Shown here: one piece after another, positions 47,101 to 55,851 of the stretch | Layout of the letters: every line of letters begins with the position of its first letter | Position numbering within the stretch: position 1 is the first letter of the stretch | Virus record (IMG/VR): IMGVR_UViG_3300046534_001004 | Direction: 5' to 3' (one strand) | From: an uncultured virus (IMG/VR IMGVR_UViG_3300046534_001004) | Lineage: Duplodnaviria > Heunggongvirae > Uroviricota > Caudoviricetes | DNA length: 64,000 nt | Program-made: the position numbers and the translations under genes | Notes under the pieces: model-generated | Database searches by the model: none | What the model was told of the DNA's origin: nothing | What the model saw: the letters and a program-made list of their open reading frames with translations, nothing else

Positions 47101-48074
47101 GTTCTAGGACCTATCCTACGGATCTCACTCGCTGCTCTCAATTGTTCAATTTCCAACATGCGAGTTGAAGCCACTGAGGCTGCTCTTATACCTACAATGT
47201 AAGCACTTATAGAGGCTAGAACTTTAGTCCCCAACATGCCCAAAAGAACAGCACCGACGACTCCAGCGACAACCGCTAATTCTGTGATATTGTCTGATAT
47301 GAGTATTATAGATTTAGCTACGTTCTCTGAAAGATTGACCGCATCATCTAAAGCATCTAAAAATTCAAGCCAGTTAGTCCCTGCAACAGACAATGCTTGA
47401 CTGATAGTCGGAATCGTATTAGCGAACAGCGTGTCGATTTCTTTTTCAGCTTCACGGAATGCTTTGAGAATAGTCTCAGCTGAAATTTTACCTTCCTCAC
47501 CAAGTATTCTCAACTCACCTCTAGTGACCCCAAGACTCTGAGAAATGATGTCGGCGACATACGGAAGTTGCTCAAGGACAGAACGAAGTTCGTCTCCTCT
47601 AAGAGTGTTGGAGGCCATACCCTGCCCAAGCTGAACAAGGGCAGCATGAGCTTCTCGGGCAGAAGCACCTGATATGATAGTTGCTTTACTGAGGCTTTCT
47701 GAAAATCTTACAGTTTCAGCTTGAGAAATACCAAGCTCTCGCACAGAGAGTGCTGTTCTGCTATAAATTTCAGCGACAGCCTCAAAACCTGTACGGCTGT
47801 CTCGAGCTGTCTGAAACAGACGACGCTGAACTACATCTAGGTTAGATGCACTGGTTGCTGTCAAGCGAAGTCTGTTCTCGTATTCAGTTAGAGTATCAAG
47901 TTGACGTGTTAGTCCACGAAGGATCCCTGCTCCACCCAAGACAAACAGAGCACGTTGCATCAAGAAGATGCCGCGAGTAGCAGAGTTAGCCGCCAAGCCT
48001 ATTTCATCGATCCTGCGCTTGATTACTCTTGCGCCAGTTTCTCGAAATCTGATGTCTACATTTTCAGTAACCAT
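44133..48074 (-). CDS. Tail tape measure protein
   Basis: 1313 aa Ala-rich; tape-measure domain QLGQGMASNTLRGDELRSVLEQ; FAEGGLITGPG. Confidence 0.93.
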   Translation of the reverse strand: MVTENVDIRFRETGARVIKRRIDEIGLAANSATRGIFLMQRALFVLGGAGILRGLTRQLDTLTEYENRLRLTATSASNLDVVQRRLFQTARDSRTGFEAVAEIYSRTALSVRELGISQAETVRFSESLSKATIISGASAREAHAALVQLGQGMASNTLRGDELRSVLEQLPYVADIISQSLGVTRGELRILGEEGKISAETILKAFREAEKEIDTLFANTIPTISQALSVAGTNWLEFLDALDDAVNLSENVAKSIILISDNITELAVVAGVVGAVLLGMLGTKVLASISAYIVGIRAASVASTRMLEIEQLRAASEIRRIGPRTYGIALRETELRQNLALIAVQKTQLQQTVLDTQFTVANGKARTAATGQFVNLTAAKANLARVTAQLSIVEKAEIGLTGTLATVRTTQTGATNALAAANVRLTAAQAAAGTVAATLTRVFPTLTAMVVGLGRAIGGLIAALGPIGLIAIAITSAVFALSNLRDASAEVNVVVDKTSDLMRQVGAAMVDAKDQGVELADTFDRISIAQLQLQRVEALEAQRNALAAVSDQLIGYNSLWTDAKTILTADFDFSRAINQLVTIRDELEAGSIDIFQFSDRIASLASEVDNTRFTKFVRGLVDSIESVDLANDQVEILDAVIAELNGTATAAETALLVMAGGLDAVSSSAGAAAGAIEFFIGKIPSMLAASKIAGGLQEASAQLASGMADLDSQFNNNGISVDELINRQANLNDLYRQAVSEIDGSAEATRDATAELDRYVSQANVASRTGLDKAITRETEKYEALRSTLVSAGASLGDLAIAEAAYNSTVSRLTNDVAVDNAEDAANALERLNNQVDRYGNQANLASLTGLDRTLAQATQGYETHRAALMAAGASTDQLAEAERNYQTILAGARRDAADKDAGGGGEIEKNFANILSGMNKELDLLKLTSQEREIAQGILKIEEELKRSLTEQEISLASATMRSLEVAKESASIYEEIKGPLDSYTTSLEALYLVLDTGRISQDAFNVSLASLNQTILETVTQSGDGSFADGFLLGISKMTEAVRTFAASSGEVFSDFFGSLTTGFADSVGKAIVFSENLGQALKSVAQNALASLISGLVEMGIQALLNAALGQTIAAAATAASVATAATTAAAWAPAAALASLATLGTNAAPAAAAIASTVALSTGLAAAGGFAEGGLITGPGGPKEDKIPAWLSNREFVVNADATSKNLPLLKAINSGMDVSRLLPSFASGSSSDKPNVTSGGMKVSVHNYTGQNVKVEQISEGEIRIIAGEEAEKKVTERTPEIVAGQLVDSNSQISSAFSENTTAERRR

Positions 48075-48526
48075 TAGCGTTCAAACACCCTAAATCCAGC
48101 GAGTTCAGCTTTAGCTTCCAGTAGAGCAGTCTCAATGAAACCAGCAGGAGCTTGTTTAGATGAACCAGAGTTTAATTTCTCTATATAAGAAGCAGCGTTG
48201 CTGATATAAATTGAAGTCTCTAAGCCTCTTGTAGAAGATCGTAACGAGTTTATGCGAGCTCGTCCAGCGTTGATAGCCGCAGAAGCATTTGCGTTCTCAC
48301 CAATACCAAGGTTCTTTCCTGGAGCATAGGCACCGATCACAGCTCGAGTAGGTGCTCCGATACCAACACGCCAGTTAGAACGAGCGACACCTTTATCAGC
48401 AGGTGTGTTCCGAACAAGACTCTTCAGAGAACGCACCGCGACAGCTTTAACAACGCGAGAAGCGGAGTTCTCAACTTGAGAACCCCGCCGCCTGATGTTT
48501 CTAGAGAATTGAGCCAGAGTAGCCAT
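48074..48526 (-). CDS. HK97 gp10-like tail completion protein
   Basis: TPADKGVARSNW, YIEKLNSGSSKQAPAGF. Confidence 0.8.
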   Translation of the reverse strand: MATLAQFSRNIRRRGSQVENSASRVVKAVAVRSLKSLVRNTPADKGVARSNWRVGIGAPTRAVIGAYAPGKNLGIGENANASAAINAGRARINSLRSSTRGLETSIYISNAASYIEKLNSGSSKQAPAGFIETALLEAKAELAGFRVFER

Positions 48527-48856
48527 TCACGTTTTCTTCCCAATTTGCTTAAGATAAGCTAAGTCCATATCTTTCAAATGTATGTGCATCGCCCCTATCT
48601 GTTCTTCGTCACACCCACTTTTTTCGCAGTACTCTTGAATCGTTGTCCACCATATTGGTCCAGCGCTCATACCCATTTGTCTAGAGGCGATAAGATCATG
48701 AAACCCTATATAGTATAACTCAAGGCCAGGAAGAAGACTAGGGGCGTTGGCTATCTTTTCTGGTAGATCCCAACCCGCCCTAGTGCATTGCTCAATAATC
48801 GCTTGTTCAGAAGGTCCCTGTGTTAATTGATAACACAGGAACTCTACGAGTTTTTT
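48527..48856 (-). CDS. Tail assembly chaperone extension (gpT), reached by -1 frameshift
   Basis: Open -1 frame LVEFLCYQL...GPIWW...MDLAYLKQIGKKT* after slippery A AAA AAC at 48856-48850. Confidence 0.8.
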   Translation of the reverse strand, partial: KKLVEFLCYQLTQGPSEQAIIEQCTRAGWDLPEKIANAPSLLPGLELYYIGFHDLIASRQMGMSAGPIWWTTIQEYCEKSGCDEEQIGAMHIHLKDMDLAYLKQIGKKT

Positions 48857-49275
48857 GTATCATTCTCCAACTCTGCCTTGCGGTAGTTGGCAAGAGAAGC
48901 AGCTTGTTCTTGAATATCCGTGAACATTCGTGGAAGAGCTGACAGAGCTTGTTCAACGTTAGCAGAGTTGAAAGGAAGGATCTTCCCGTCTGGGCCTTCA
49001 ATACCAGATTTCATCTCTTTACCCTGCATAGTTTCCCAAGCGAGAATAACGGTCTTGGCGTAGATGTCAGCCATGAGTGCTTGAGAACGATCGTTGCTCA
49101 GAGCTCCAGATTCAAGAGCGCGGCGAACAGGCTTGAGCTTCTTCTCAGCGTACTTGACATAATTCTTGTTACCCTGCCCAGCAGAGGCAAGAAGAACACG
49201 GAAATCCCCGTAATCAATCCAAACGCCTTTAGATTCAAGTTCCGGATCGGTCTCAAAAGTGTCGTACATTCCCAT
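48844..49275 (-). CDS. Tail assembly chaperone (gpG)
   Basis: FETD.ELE.KGVW motif; between major tail and tape measure genes. Confidence 0.85.
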   Translation of the reverse strand: MGMYDTFETDPELESKGVWIDYGDFRVLLASAGQGNKNYVKYAEKKLKPVRRALESGALSNDRSQALMADIYAKTVILAWETMQGKEMKSGIEGPDGKILPFNSANVEQALSALPRMFTDIQEQAASLANYRKAELENDTKNS

Positions 49276-49338
49276 CTTATATTTTCCTTCTTGGGTTATT
49301 GAGGATGCCTCCATCGCGAAGACACCCTCTTGAGTTTA

Positions 49339-50868
49339 TTAAGCCGCTGTTGGAAGATAGTTAAAGTAAGTGACCAACAACGTGTGATTGAGATTTGCAT
49401 CAATGTCTTCACCAGATGCAGCCTCGGTTGACAAAGGCAAGGTAATAGGTTGATCAATTTCAACCGAGAGTCGACCGTCTCCAAGAGAGATAAGAGGTAG
49501 ATCGAATATCATACCTTGATTATCACGAACAAAACCGATATCCAATGAGACATCTGAGTTGTTGCGAACCGCTAGCACAGCAGAAACATTTGAGAAGTAA
49601 GCTGTGAGATTGCCAGAAACAGCAAACGTACCCGCAGTCACATCAAACGCACCAAGAGTACCGACCGCTTTGTTCGGAGTGACGTTGTTGTTGATAGAGA
49701 TCGTGGCTTCTGTAACGAAAGCAAACAAAGCTGTAGGAGCGGCGTCAGTATCGGAGACTGCTGACAACCGGATACGGCTGATGTCACTAGAAGTGTTATA
49801 CTCTTTAGCTACGAACGGGGCGACGACGCTGCTCTGTTTGGGTCCAGTATCAGCATCACGTTGAACGTTATCAGTTGCCATCCATGTGATGTCTGCATTG
49901 AGCAAATCAGCGGACGGTACATTCAATGTGAATTCGTTGGGAACGGCACCAACTAGAACTTCAGTTTGAATGTTGCTAGAACTGTCGTCAGGAGCGCCCA
50001 GAAGACGTTCTACGTTGTAAGACCGACGTTTGATAAGAGCACCAGTTTCGTTACGAAGTACGTCACCGAAGAATAGACGGATATCGAGAGCAGAACCAGT
50101 TTCTGTCACCATAGTAGCGTCTGATTTATCAAATGTCAATCGATTTGCTGCGATTGTTCGAACACGCTTGAAACCGTTATTCGCAGCGTTAACGAATTGA
50201 TCAGCAGCGAGATCACCACCAACAAAAACCCACTGTCCTATGACAATACCCAAGGTAGTAAAATCAAGAGCAGAAGAGGTGATTGCAGGAAGAGTTCCTG
50301 AATTATCAACGTCCAAATCTGCTGTTGCAGCTTCAAAGCCAACCACTCGAATGTTAGCAATAGAAGGAGGAGAAGCTTCGGCAGTCGTAGCTGCGGCTGC
50401 GACTGATGTATCTGACACAATCGCGCTTGCGACTTGCAGAGCGTTGTTTCCTAGGTTGGTGAAGTTCTGACCTTTGATCAAAGAACCGACAAGAAAACCA
50501 GTAGTCGAAGCCACTTCAAAAACTGTTCCAGTCACAGCACTCGGCTCTTCGTAACCTTTTTCCCGCACATCAGCGAACATGACACCTTGCATCATATTGG
50601 TTAGGCTCGAGAATGTCAAGTTGGAGTTGATACCACCAGATGCGTTGAGATCAGTTGTGACACCTTTCCGACGTTGACGAGATGGGTTGATTGGGTTTGG
50701 AGAAACCTTAACAATCTCACCACCAAAATCACTGTAACTGTTTGGAGCAAGTGAACGCCAAACGGGGGTTCCAGATTGACCGTTCTCTCCTGGAAGACTA
50801 CCAAGTACAGCTTCCTCGGCAAATGCGAGGCCTGTGATATTGGAGTCAATTTTATTTTTTTGTGCCAT
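49339..50868 (-). CDS. Major tail tube protein
   Basis: NPINPSRQRRKG.TTDL.ASGG; GTFAVSGNLTAYF; synteny. Confidence 0.85.
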   Translation of the reverse strand: MAQKNKIDSNITGLAFAEEAVLGSLPGENGQSGTPVWRSLAPNSYSDFGGEIVKVSPNPINPSRQRRKGVTTDLNASGGINSNLTFSSLTNMMQGVMFADVREKGYEEPSAVTGTVFEVASTTGFLVGSLIKGQNFTNLGNNALQVASAIVSDTSVAAAATTAEASPPSIANIRVVGFEAATADLDVDNSGTLPAITSSALDFTTLGIVIGQWVFVGGDLAADQFVNAANNGFKRVRTIAANRLTFDKSDATMVTETGSALDIRLFFGDVLRNETGALIKRRSYNVERLLGAPDDSSSNIQTEVLVGAVPNEFTLNVPSADLLNADITWMATDNVQRDADTGPKQSSVVAPFVAKEYNTSSDISRIRLSAVSDTDAAPTALFAFVTEATISINNNVTPNKAVGTLGAFDVTAGTFAVSGNLTAYFSNVSAVLAVRNNSDVSLDIGFVRDNQGMIFDLPLISLGDGRLSVEIDQPITLPLSTEAASGEDIDANLNHTLLVTYFNYLPTAA

Positions 50869-50879
50869 TTAAGGCCTCC

Positions 50880-51296
50880 TTACTTTGTTTCAGTGTACTC
50901 AAAATCCATGAGCACGTTCAACTGACGGAATTGACCCTCGCTGGGTACTTCTTGAATGCGAACATTTTTGAACCACACTCCATTATCAGATGATTTACCT
51001 TCATATGCGTTGGCCACTACTTTAGCCAAGATATAAGAGTCTGACAAGCCATTTCCGGTTGGAGTGAATATAGAAGCGATAGCTGTTCCTGTTCGCTCGA
51101 ACATTCGTTTTCCTGTTCCCCCAAGAGTTTTCTGAGATCCGGTTGCGTGTCTTATAACGAATACAGCCCATGGATTATTTGATTTATCTCTTTCTTTCTG
51201 AACGTCTTCCCAATACAGACTATTATCTGTGGGTGTCCATGCAGCTAACATCATTGCACTTATATCGTCGACAGCTTCTTCATAAGTAAGACTCAT
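50880..51296 (-). CDS. Tail terminator protein
   Basis: Synteny; RTG...IFTPTGNG motif. Confidence 0.7.
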   Translation of the reverse strand: MSLTYEEAVDDISAMMLAAWTPTDNSLYWEDVQKERDKSNNPWAVFVIRHATGSQKTLGGTGKRMFERTGTAIASIFTPTGNGLSDSYILAKVVANAYEGKSSDNGVWFKNVRIQEVPSEGQFRQLNVLMDFEYTETK

Positions 51297-51685
51297 CTAT
51301 GCATCCCCACAAATCCAAGTAATTGAACGTCTCCAGGTTGTAGGATTTGAATGGCTTTGATACCAAATGTTTCTAACCCATCTTGCACTTTGATGAAATT
51401 ACGACAATCAGTTGTTCCAGGAAAGAAAATAGCAAAATACTCAGATGACGCAATCAGATCATTGAATTCAGTACCTTGCCCAAGGGCAGGAAGACCGAAT
51501 TGAGTAATTGAGCCAGGAGGAAGAAACACAGCTTTAGTCGTCAGTACGACGTCTGCTCCTGTTTGGGCTCCCCAAGGTTTAGCTGAATCTACAGGTGTCT
51601 CGGGATTTTGAATAAATGTTATAGTCCGCCCACGAGCAGTAATCAAACGTTCTGAAGTTTCTGCGAGTTTAGAGTAATCAAACAT
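51293..51685 (-). CDS. Head closure protein
   Basis: Synteny; MFDY..L...RLI...GR, KPW. Confidence 0.65.
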   Translation of the reverse strand: MFDYSKLAETSERLITARGRTITFIQNPETPVDSAKPWGAQTGADVVLTTKAVFLPPGSITQFGLPALGQGTEFNDLIASSEYFAIFFPGTTDCRNFIKVQDGLETFGIKAIQILQPGDVQLLGFVGMHR

Positions 51686-52194
51686 TAGCGGATAACGCCT
51701 CCGTTAGAACTTCCAAATGTTATCTGACGCATCAGACCATCAGCTTTGGAGACTATTGGGTATTTACGCCCAACAGAGCCATCACCTGATCCAGAAAACA
51801 CAGTTTTAGTCTCGAGAGGTCCCAGTGTCTCCGTAAGAGAAATGATGCCAGGACCATTGATTACTGTGTTGTTTATGAACAAGGTGTTCGTGAGAGAGTA
51901 ACGAAGATACTCTGCCATAGCTCTCTTAAGTTGAACAGGTAGTGCTACCGGATCAACAATGAAATAGTCTGTTGGATAAGACAAAGATTGAGTTTCAGAA
52001 ATCGTAAGTCCAGGAACTTTATCACCCCAGCGGAGATCAATGTACTCTGTAGTGAGGCGTAGCTGAACTTCAATTTGAGCTTCTGTTTCAGAAATTGTGA
52101 CACCACGATCAGACCAATAAGTGACATAATCAGCATACGAGAGATAACTCTCAGAAGTCGATAGTCCAGTTGCGTCTTCTACGATGATTGCCAT
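51685..52194 (-). CDS. Head-tail adaptor (DnaT-like family)
   Basis: IVEDATGL..SESYLS..., Q.L.YP. Confidence 0.75.
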   Translation of the reverse strand: MAIIVEDATGLSTSESYLSYADYVTYWSDRGVTISETEAQIEVQLRLTTEYIDLRWGDKVPGLTISETQSLSYPTDYFIVDPVALPVQLKRAMAEYLRYSLTNTLFINNTVINGPGIISLTETLGPLETKTVFSGSGDGSVGRKYPIVSKADGLMRQITFGSSNGGVIR

Positions 52195-52203
52195 TATTGC
52201 ACC

Positions 52204-52608
52204 TTAAGAGAATACGAGATCGAGGAAAGCGGTTGGTTCTCGCCACTCGTTCAAGTAATGAATTGTTACAGTCCCTGCTATCTCAGCTCGAATACTCCAA
52301 GATCCAATGTAGACACGACCAAGGAAAGCAACTTCGTCTGCGACTGCTGCTCCGGCGCTCATGATACGTGTTCCTTGGGTGTATGTTACATCACCGGCAT
52401 CAGTATCGACTGAGAAAGACACACCGAAATCAACTGGCTTTCTAGTGTAGAAATCAACATCTACATCAAAGTCTTCGGTCACTGTTCCTGGACCACCGAG
52501 TGAAGTCACGCCAGTGTAAGTGCGCTTGTACCAATCTGACTGTGACTCAGCACGACGTCGCTGTCTTGCATTAAACATTTCACTACGACGTCGCATTAAA
52601 AGTGACAT
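52204..52608 (-). CDS. Putative virion protein
   Basis: In head operon. Confidence 0.55.
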   Translation of the reverse strand: MSLLMRRRSEMFNARQRRRAESQSDWYKRTYTGVTSLGGPGTVTEDFDVDVDFYTRKPVDFGVSFSVDTDAGDVTYTQGTRIMSAGAAVADEVAFLGRVYIGSWSIRAEIAGTVTIHYLNEWREPTAFLDLVFS

Positions 52609-52609
52609 A

Positions 52610-53173
52610 CTACTTCCCCATCAACGGACGAACTTTCTTCTCGCCAGATTTTGATTGATCCAATGGAGACACCGGATGCTGATCAAGCAACAACGATCGA
52701 TTCTTTTGAAAATTTGCAACTCGATTAGCACGAGAAGCGTTAGAAGATGCGATAGTACGCATGATCTCACGTTGGTTGGCTTGAGGATCGACTTTTTGGT
52801 GCATCAGACGAGCCGTTACTTCGGCTAGCGCATCACTGCGTTTTTTCTTCTCTGCTTTGAAATTGGCTTCTGCAGAAACGATTTCATCAAATTCTTCCTG
52901 AGCTTGAACGATATCTGGGTGATCGTAACCCATAGTGTTCAAAGCAGAGATTTCTTCATTTTCAACCAAAGGCTGTTCTTCAACGATGTCTTTAGAAACG
53001 TCGAAGTTACCACGTGAGAATTTTGGTGCGGCGTTGATGATGTCAGCTCGCTTTAGGTTTTCAAAATCACCCAAGGAGGCAACTGCGTCCACTTTTGGAG
53101 CACCGTCAGCAGTCCATTGTTCGTCATCCATGGCGTCCATCAGGCCAAGGGCTTCTATAATTTTATCTTCCAT
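52610..53173 (-). CDS. Conserved head-region protein
   Basis: D..DDEQWTADGAPKV...RADI..AAP.F.R motif. Confidence 0.65.
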   Translation of the reverse strand: MEDKIIEALGLMDAMDDEQWTADGAPKVDAVASLGDFENLKRADIINAAPKFSRGNFDVSKDIVEEQPLVENEEISALNTMGYDHPDIVQAQEEFDEIVSAEANFKAEKKKRSDALAEVTARLMHQKVDPQANQREIMRTIASSNASRANRVANFQKNRSLLLDQHPVSPLDQSKSGEKKVRPLMGK

Positions 53174-53224
53174 GGTATTGACCTTTCAGGAGGAAGGAGA
53201 GCCCAAAGTGAGCTCTCCTGTTTA

Positions 53225-53743
53225 TTAGCTATCTAGCATAGTAACCAAAGTGATTTCCAATACACCGACCGCTGTCAAGATGACTGATTCGTCATCTACG
53301 ATACTTGCTGCGTCGATAAGCACATTGAGGTTCAGTTCAAGGCCACCTCCTGTGTTGTCGAGCACGAAATCGACACCGTCTGCCACAGTGAGCAGAGGAG
53401 ATACTTCTGCAGTAGCAGCACCGAGCGCGGTGCTCGAGATGAAGTCAACGTCAGTGCCAGCGATAGTTGCATCATCTGCAGGTGTAGAACCTACGCCGAA
53501 GTCACCATCAAAAGTAGCAGTAAGGTTTGCATCAGAACCAGAGCCAAAGAACTGGACCTGAATAGCAGCGGCCATGATCTTAAGATGACCTTCTGGAAGA
53601 CCACCTACGACAATTGAACCATAACCAACGGCTGCTCCAACAGAAGTGACTGTGACAGCATCGTTTAGTTCCAACTGGATTTTTGTAACTGCTTGTGTCT
53701 GCGCTTTACCACGAGACAGACTGCGAGGAAGACCCTTAGACAT
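53225..53743 (-). CDS. Virion structural / capsid decoration protein
   Basis: Follows capsid gene; MSKGLPRSL start. Confidence 0.65.
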   Translation of the reverse strand: MSKGLPRSLSRGKAQTQAVTKIQLELNDAVTVTSVGAAVGYGSIVVGGLPEGHLKIMAAAIQVQFFGSGSDANLTATFDGDFGVGSTPADDATIAGTDVDFISSTALGAATAEVSPLLTVADGVDFVLDNTGGGLELNLNVLIDAASIVDDESVILTAVGVLEITLVTMLDS

Positions 53744-53766
53744 AATTCTCTCCTTTCATGAGAGTT

Positions 53767-53788
53767 GGGCGGAACCTAAGTTCCGCCC
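53767..53788. terminator. Hairpin downstream of the capsid gene
   Basis: GGGCGGAAC-CTAA-GTTCCGCCC perfect inverted repeat; no minus-strand U tract. Confidence 0.5.
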
Positions 53789-53797
53789 TGTTTTCAG

Positions 53798-54841
53798 TTA
53801 TGCCTCGCGAGAGATCAGACGAGCCATCTTGATCTGCTTGCGCTCTGGGAACACACGGCTCCAAGAAGCAGCAGTTGCAAGAACCGAGTTGGCTGGACCA
53901 CCTGCTGGAGTAGCACCACCGTAAGCGTGACCTTTAGGGTGGAAACCCCAACGAACGCGGTTGTAGAGGATTTCTTGACCAGCGCCGTTACCTGCTCCTG
54001 GTTGATCGTCAATCGCAGTGGGTTTGTCCGGAGAGCCTTGTGCAAAAACAATCGCACCAGCGCCGAAGACCCAGCTTTCATAGACACCGCCGTTAGCGGG
54101 AAGACCATCGTCAACAATTACTTCGCGGCCCAAAAAGGTGGGAACCGAGATAGCACGACCGTTTACAGCGTCAGAGATGAAGTCGATCAAGTTGTTTTTC
54201 AACATACGAGCGTAGACCACTGAGTGAACCATGATCATCGACAGATCTTCCATGCTGTCACCCATTGTCAACGTAGTGTCGATAAAGGCTTCTGCAGAGA
54301 AGTCAGTCACACCAGCGACATAAGAGCCGCCTTTGATGTCATTGGTCATGTCACCTTGAGTGTGCTCAGAACCAGCAGGAGCGGCAGCGTTATCTGCGAA
54401 GATTCCGTTGACGACGCTGACAAAAGCAACTTGCTGACGACGAACCCAATAGTCTGCGACGCGAGATTGGATAGCAGCGGCAGGGTCATCACCTGACATC
54501 AACTTTGCAAGCTGAGTTGCGGTCCAAGAGTTGTTACGCTCAAGACGAACAGCGACTTCTGTGAGAGTACCGATTTTGTTTGGATCGGGATCAACCACGC
54601 CACCGGTGAAGGTGTTGCGAACGCTTTCGTTAGATACGCGCTCTTCGTCGTTGTCGAGGTCGTCGTAAGACGGCATATTGAAAGTGAGACCGCCACCGTT
54701 GAGCAGAGCCGCCATGTCACTATCAGAGACTACGGCACCAGAACGAATGAGGCGAGATTTTTCTTCAGTTTCCTGCAAAGCATAGGGAGTGAAGATTTCG
54801 GGGACAATGATGTCCGAGATTGAAGTGTGTCCAGAGGCCAT
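53798..54841 (-). CDS. Major capsid protein
   Basis: T.ISDIIVPEIFTPY, VHSVVYARM, TFLGREVIVDD, HPKG, W.RVF.ERKQI. Confidence 0.9.
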   Translation of the reverse strand: MASGHTSISDIIVPEIFTPYALQETEEKSRLIRSGAVVSDSDMAALLNGGGLTFNMPSYDDLDNDEERVSNESVRNTFTGGVVDPDPNKIGTLTEVAVRLERNNSWTATQLAKLMSGDDPAAAIQSRVADYWVRRQQVAFVSVVNGIFADNAAAPAGSEHTQGDMTNDIKGGSYVAGVTDFSAEAFIDTTLTMGDSMEDLSMIMVHSVVYARMLKNNLIDFISDAVNGRAISVPTFLGREVIVDDGLPANGGVYESWVFGAGAIVFAQGSPDKPTAIDDQPGAGNGAGQEILYNRVRWGFHPKGHAYGGATPAGGPANSVLATAASWSRVFPERKQIKMARLISREA

Positions 54842-54979
54842 TGAAGAGGATCCTTTCCTAAGATGTTCATGGCTAGATAAATTGCTAGTCCCATGACCAG
54901 CCGAAGAGAGTTTGTCAAGCACCTCCCATGGAAGCACTTGACAATATATTTACATCACGCTGCAGAAGATTGCAACAGG

Positions 54980-55804
54980 TTATTTGCTCGGAGCCGGACG
55001 AGCACCACCAATAGATGTTCCAGCAGCCGTTGCGAGTTGAACAGCTACTTCTCGGTCTGAATTGATGAGTTGGCCCTGTTGAGTAACGTTCCAGTTATCA
55101 CCAGAGAATGGATTCTTACCACCGTTGACGCCACCCATACCGCCGCCAGCACCACCACCTGTAGATGTAGGCCACCAGTGAGGACGCTGTTTCTGCATCT
55201 CTTGCATGAACTGCTTTACGTCTACTCCAGGAGTAACCCCGTCAGCGTCAGTCTTAACAATCCATTTGCCAGTAGTCTCATCTTTCTCGAGGTAGTCTGC
55301 AGCCACGAGTTCAATATCACGAAGGGCTGTGCCATGGACTTTCATCTCAGATGCAATCTTACGAACAACTTCGTTGCGAGAGCCTGTGGTGATAGTTCCG
55401 TTCAGCTTGTCGTTGTTTGAAGTCAGCTCACCATTCGCTGTTGTGAGTTCTTCGATCTGCCGTTCCAGAGGTGCAGTTTTCTGCTTCATGCGAGACTCAA
55501 CGATCTTGTTGATTGCCTCATCATCCAGCTTGCCACCACTCGCAGCTTCCAATTCTTCGACCCGATCCAAGGTAGCTTGAACTTCTGTAGCGTTCATACC
55601 TTTGAACGGTTTGAAATCAGCTTTCGTTTTGGCGTGGTCTTCACGCTCTTTACGAAGACCTTCTTGAACACGGTCTATGTCCACTTGGGTTTTCATACCC
55701 ACTACGCCTGTCAACACGGCTCTGCCATCTTGCTCAGTGTACAGAAATTTAGCATTCGCAGGAACTTCTGCCATTGTTTCGTAGAATAGTTCGATCGGAT
55801 CCAT
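54980..55804 (-). CDS. Capsid scaffolding protein
   Basis: Coiled coil, GGGAGG, NPF...WNVTQQG; between portal and capsid. Confidence 0.8.
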   Translation of the reverse strand: MDPIELFYETMAEVPANAKFLYTEQDGRAVLTGVVGMKTQVDIDRVQEGLRKEREDHAKTKADFKPFKGMNATEVQATLDRVEELEAASGGKLDDEAINKIVESRMKQKTAPLERQIEELTTANGELTSNNDKLNGTITTGSRNEVVRKIASEMKVHGTALRDIELVAADYLEKDETTGKWIVKTDADGVTPGVDVKQFMQEMQKQRPHWWPTSTGGGAGGGMGGVNGGKNPFSGDNWNVTQQGQLINSDREVAVQLATAAGTSIGGARPAPSK

Positions 55805-55851
55805 GTCCGGTCTCCTTTATAGAACGGCTCCATGGCCGCTGTTATTGGGGA

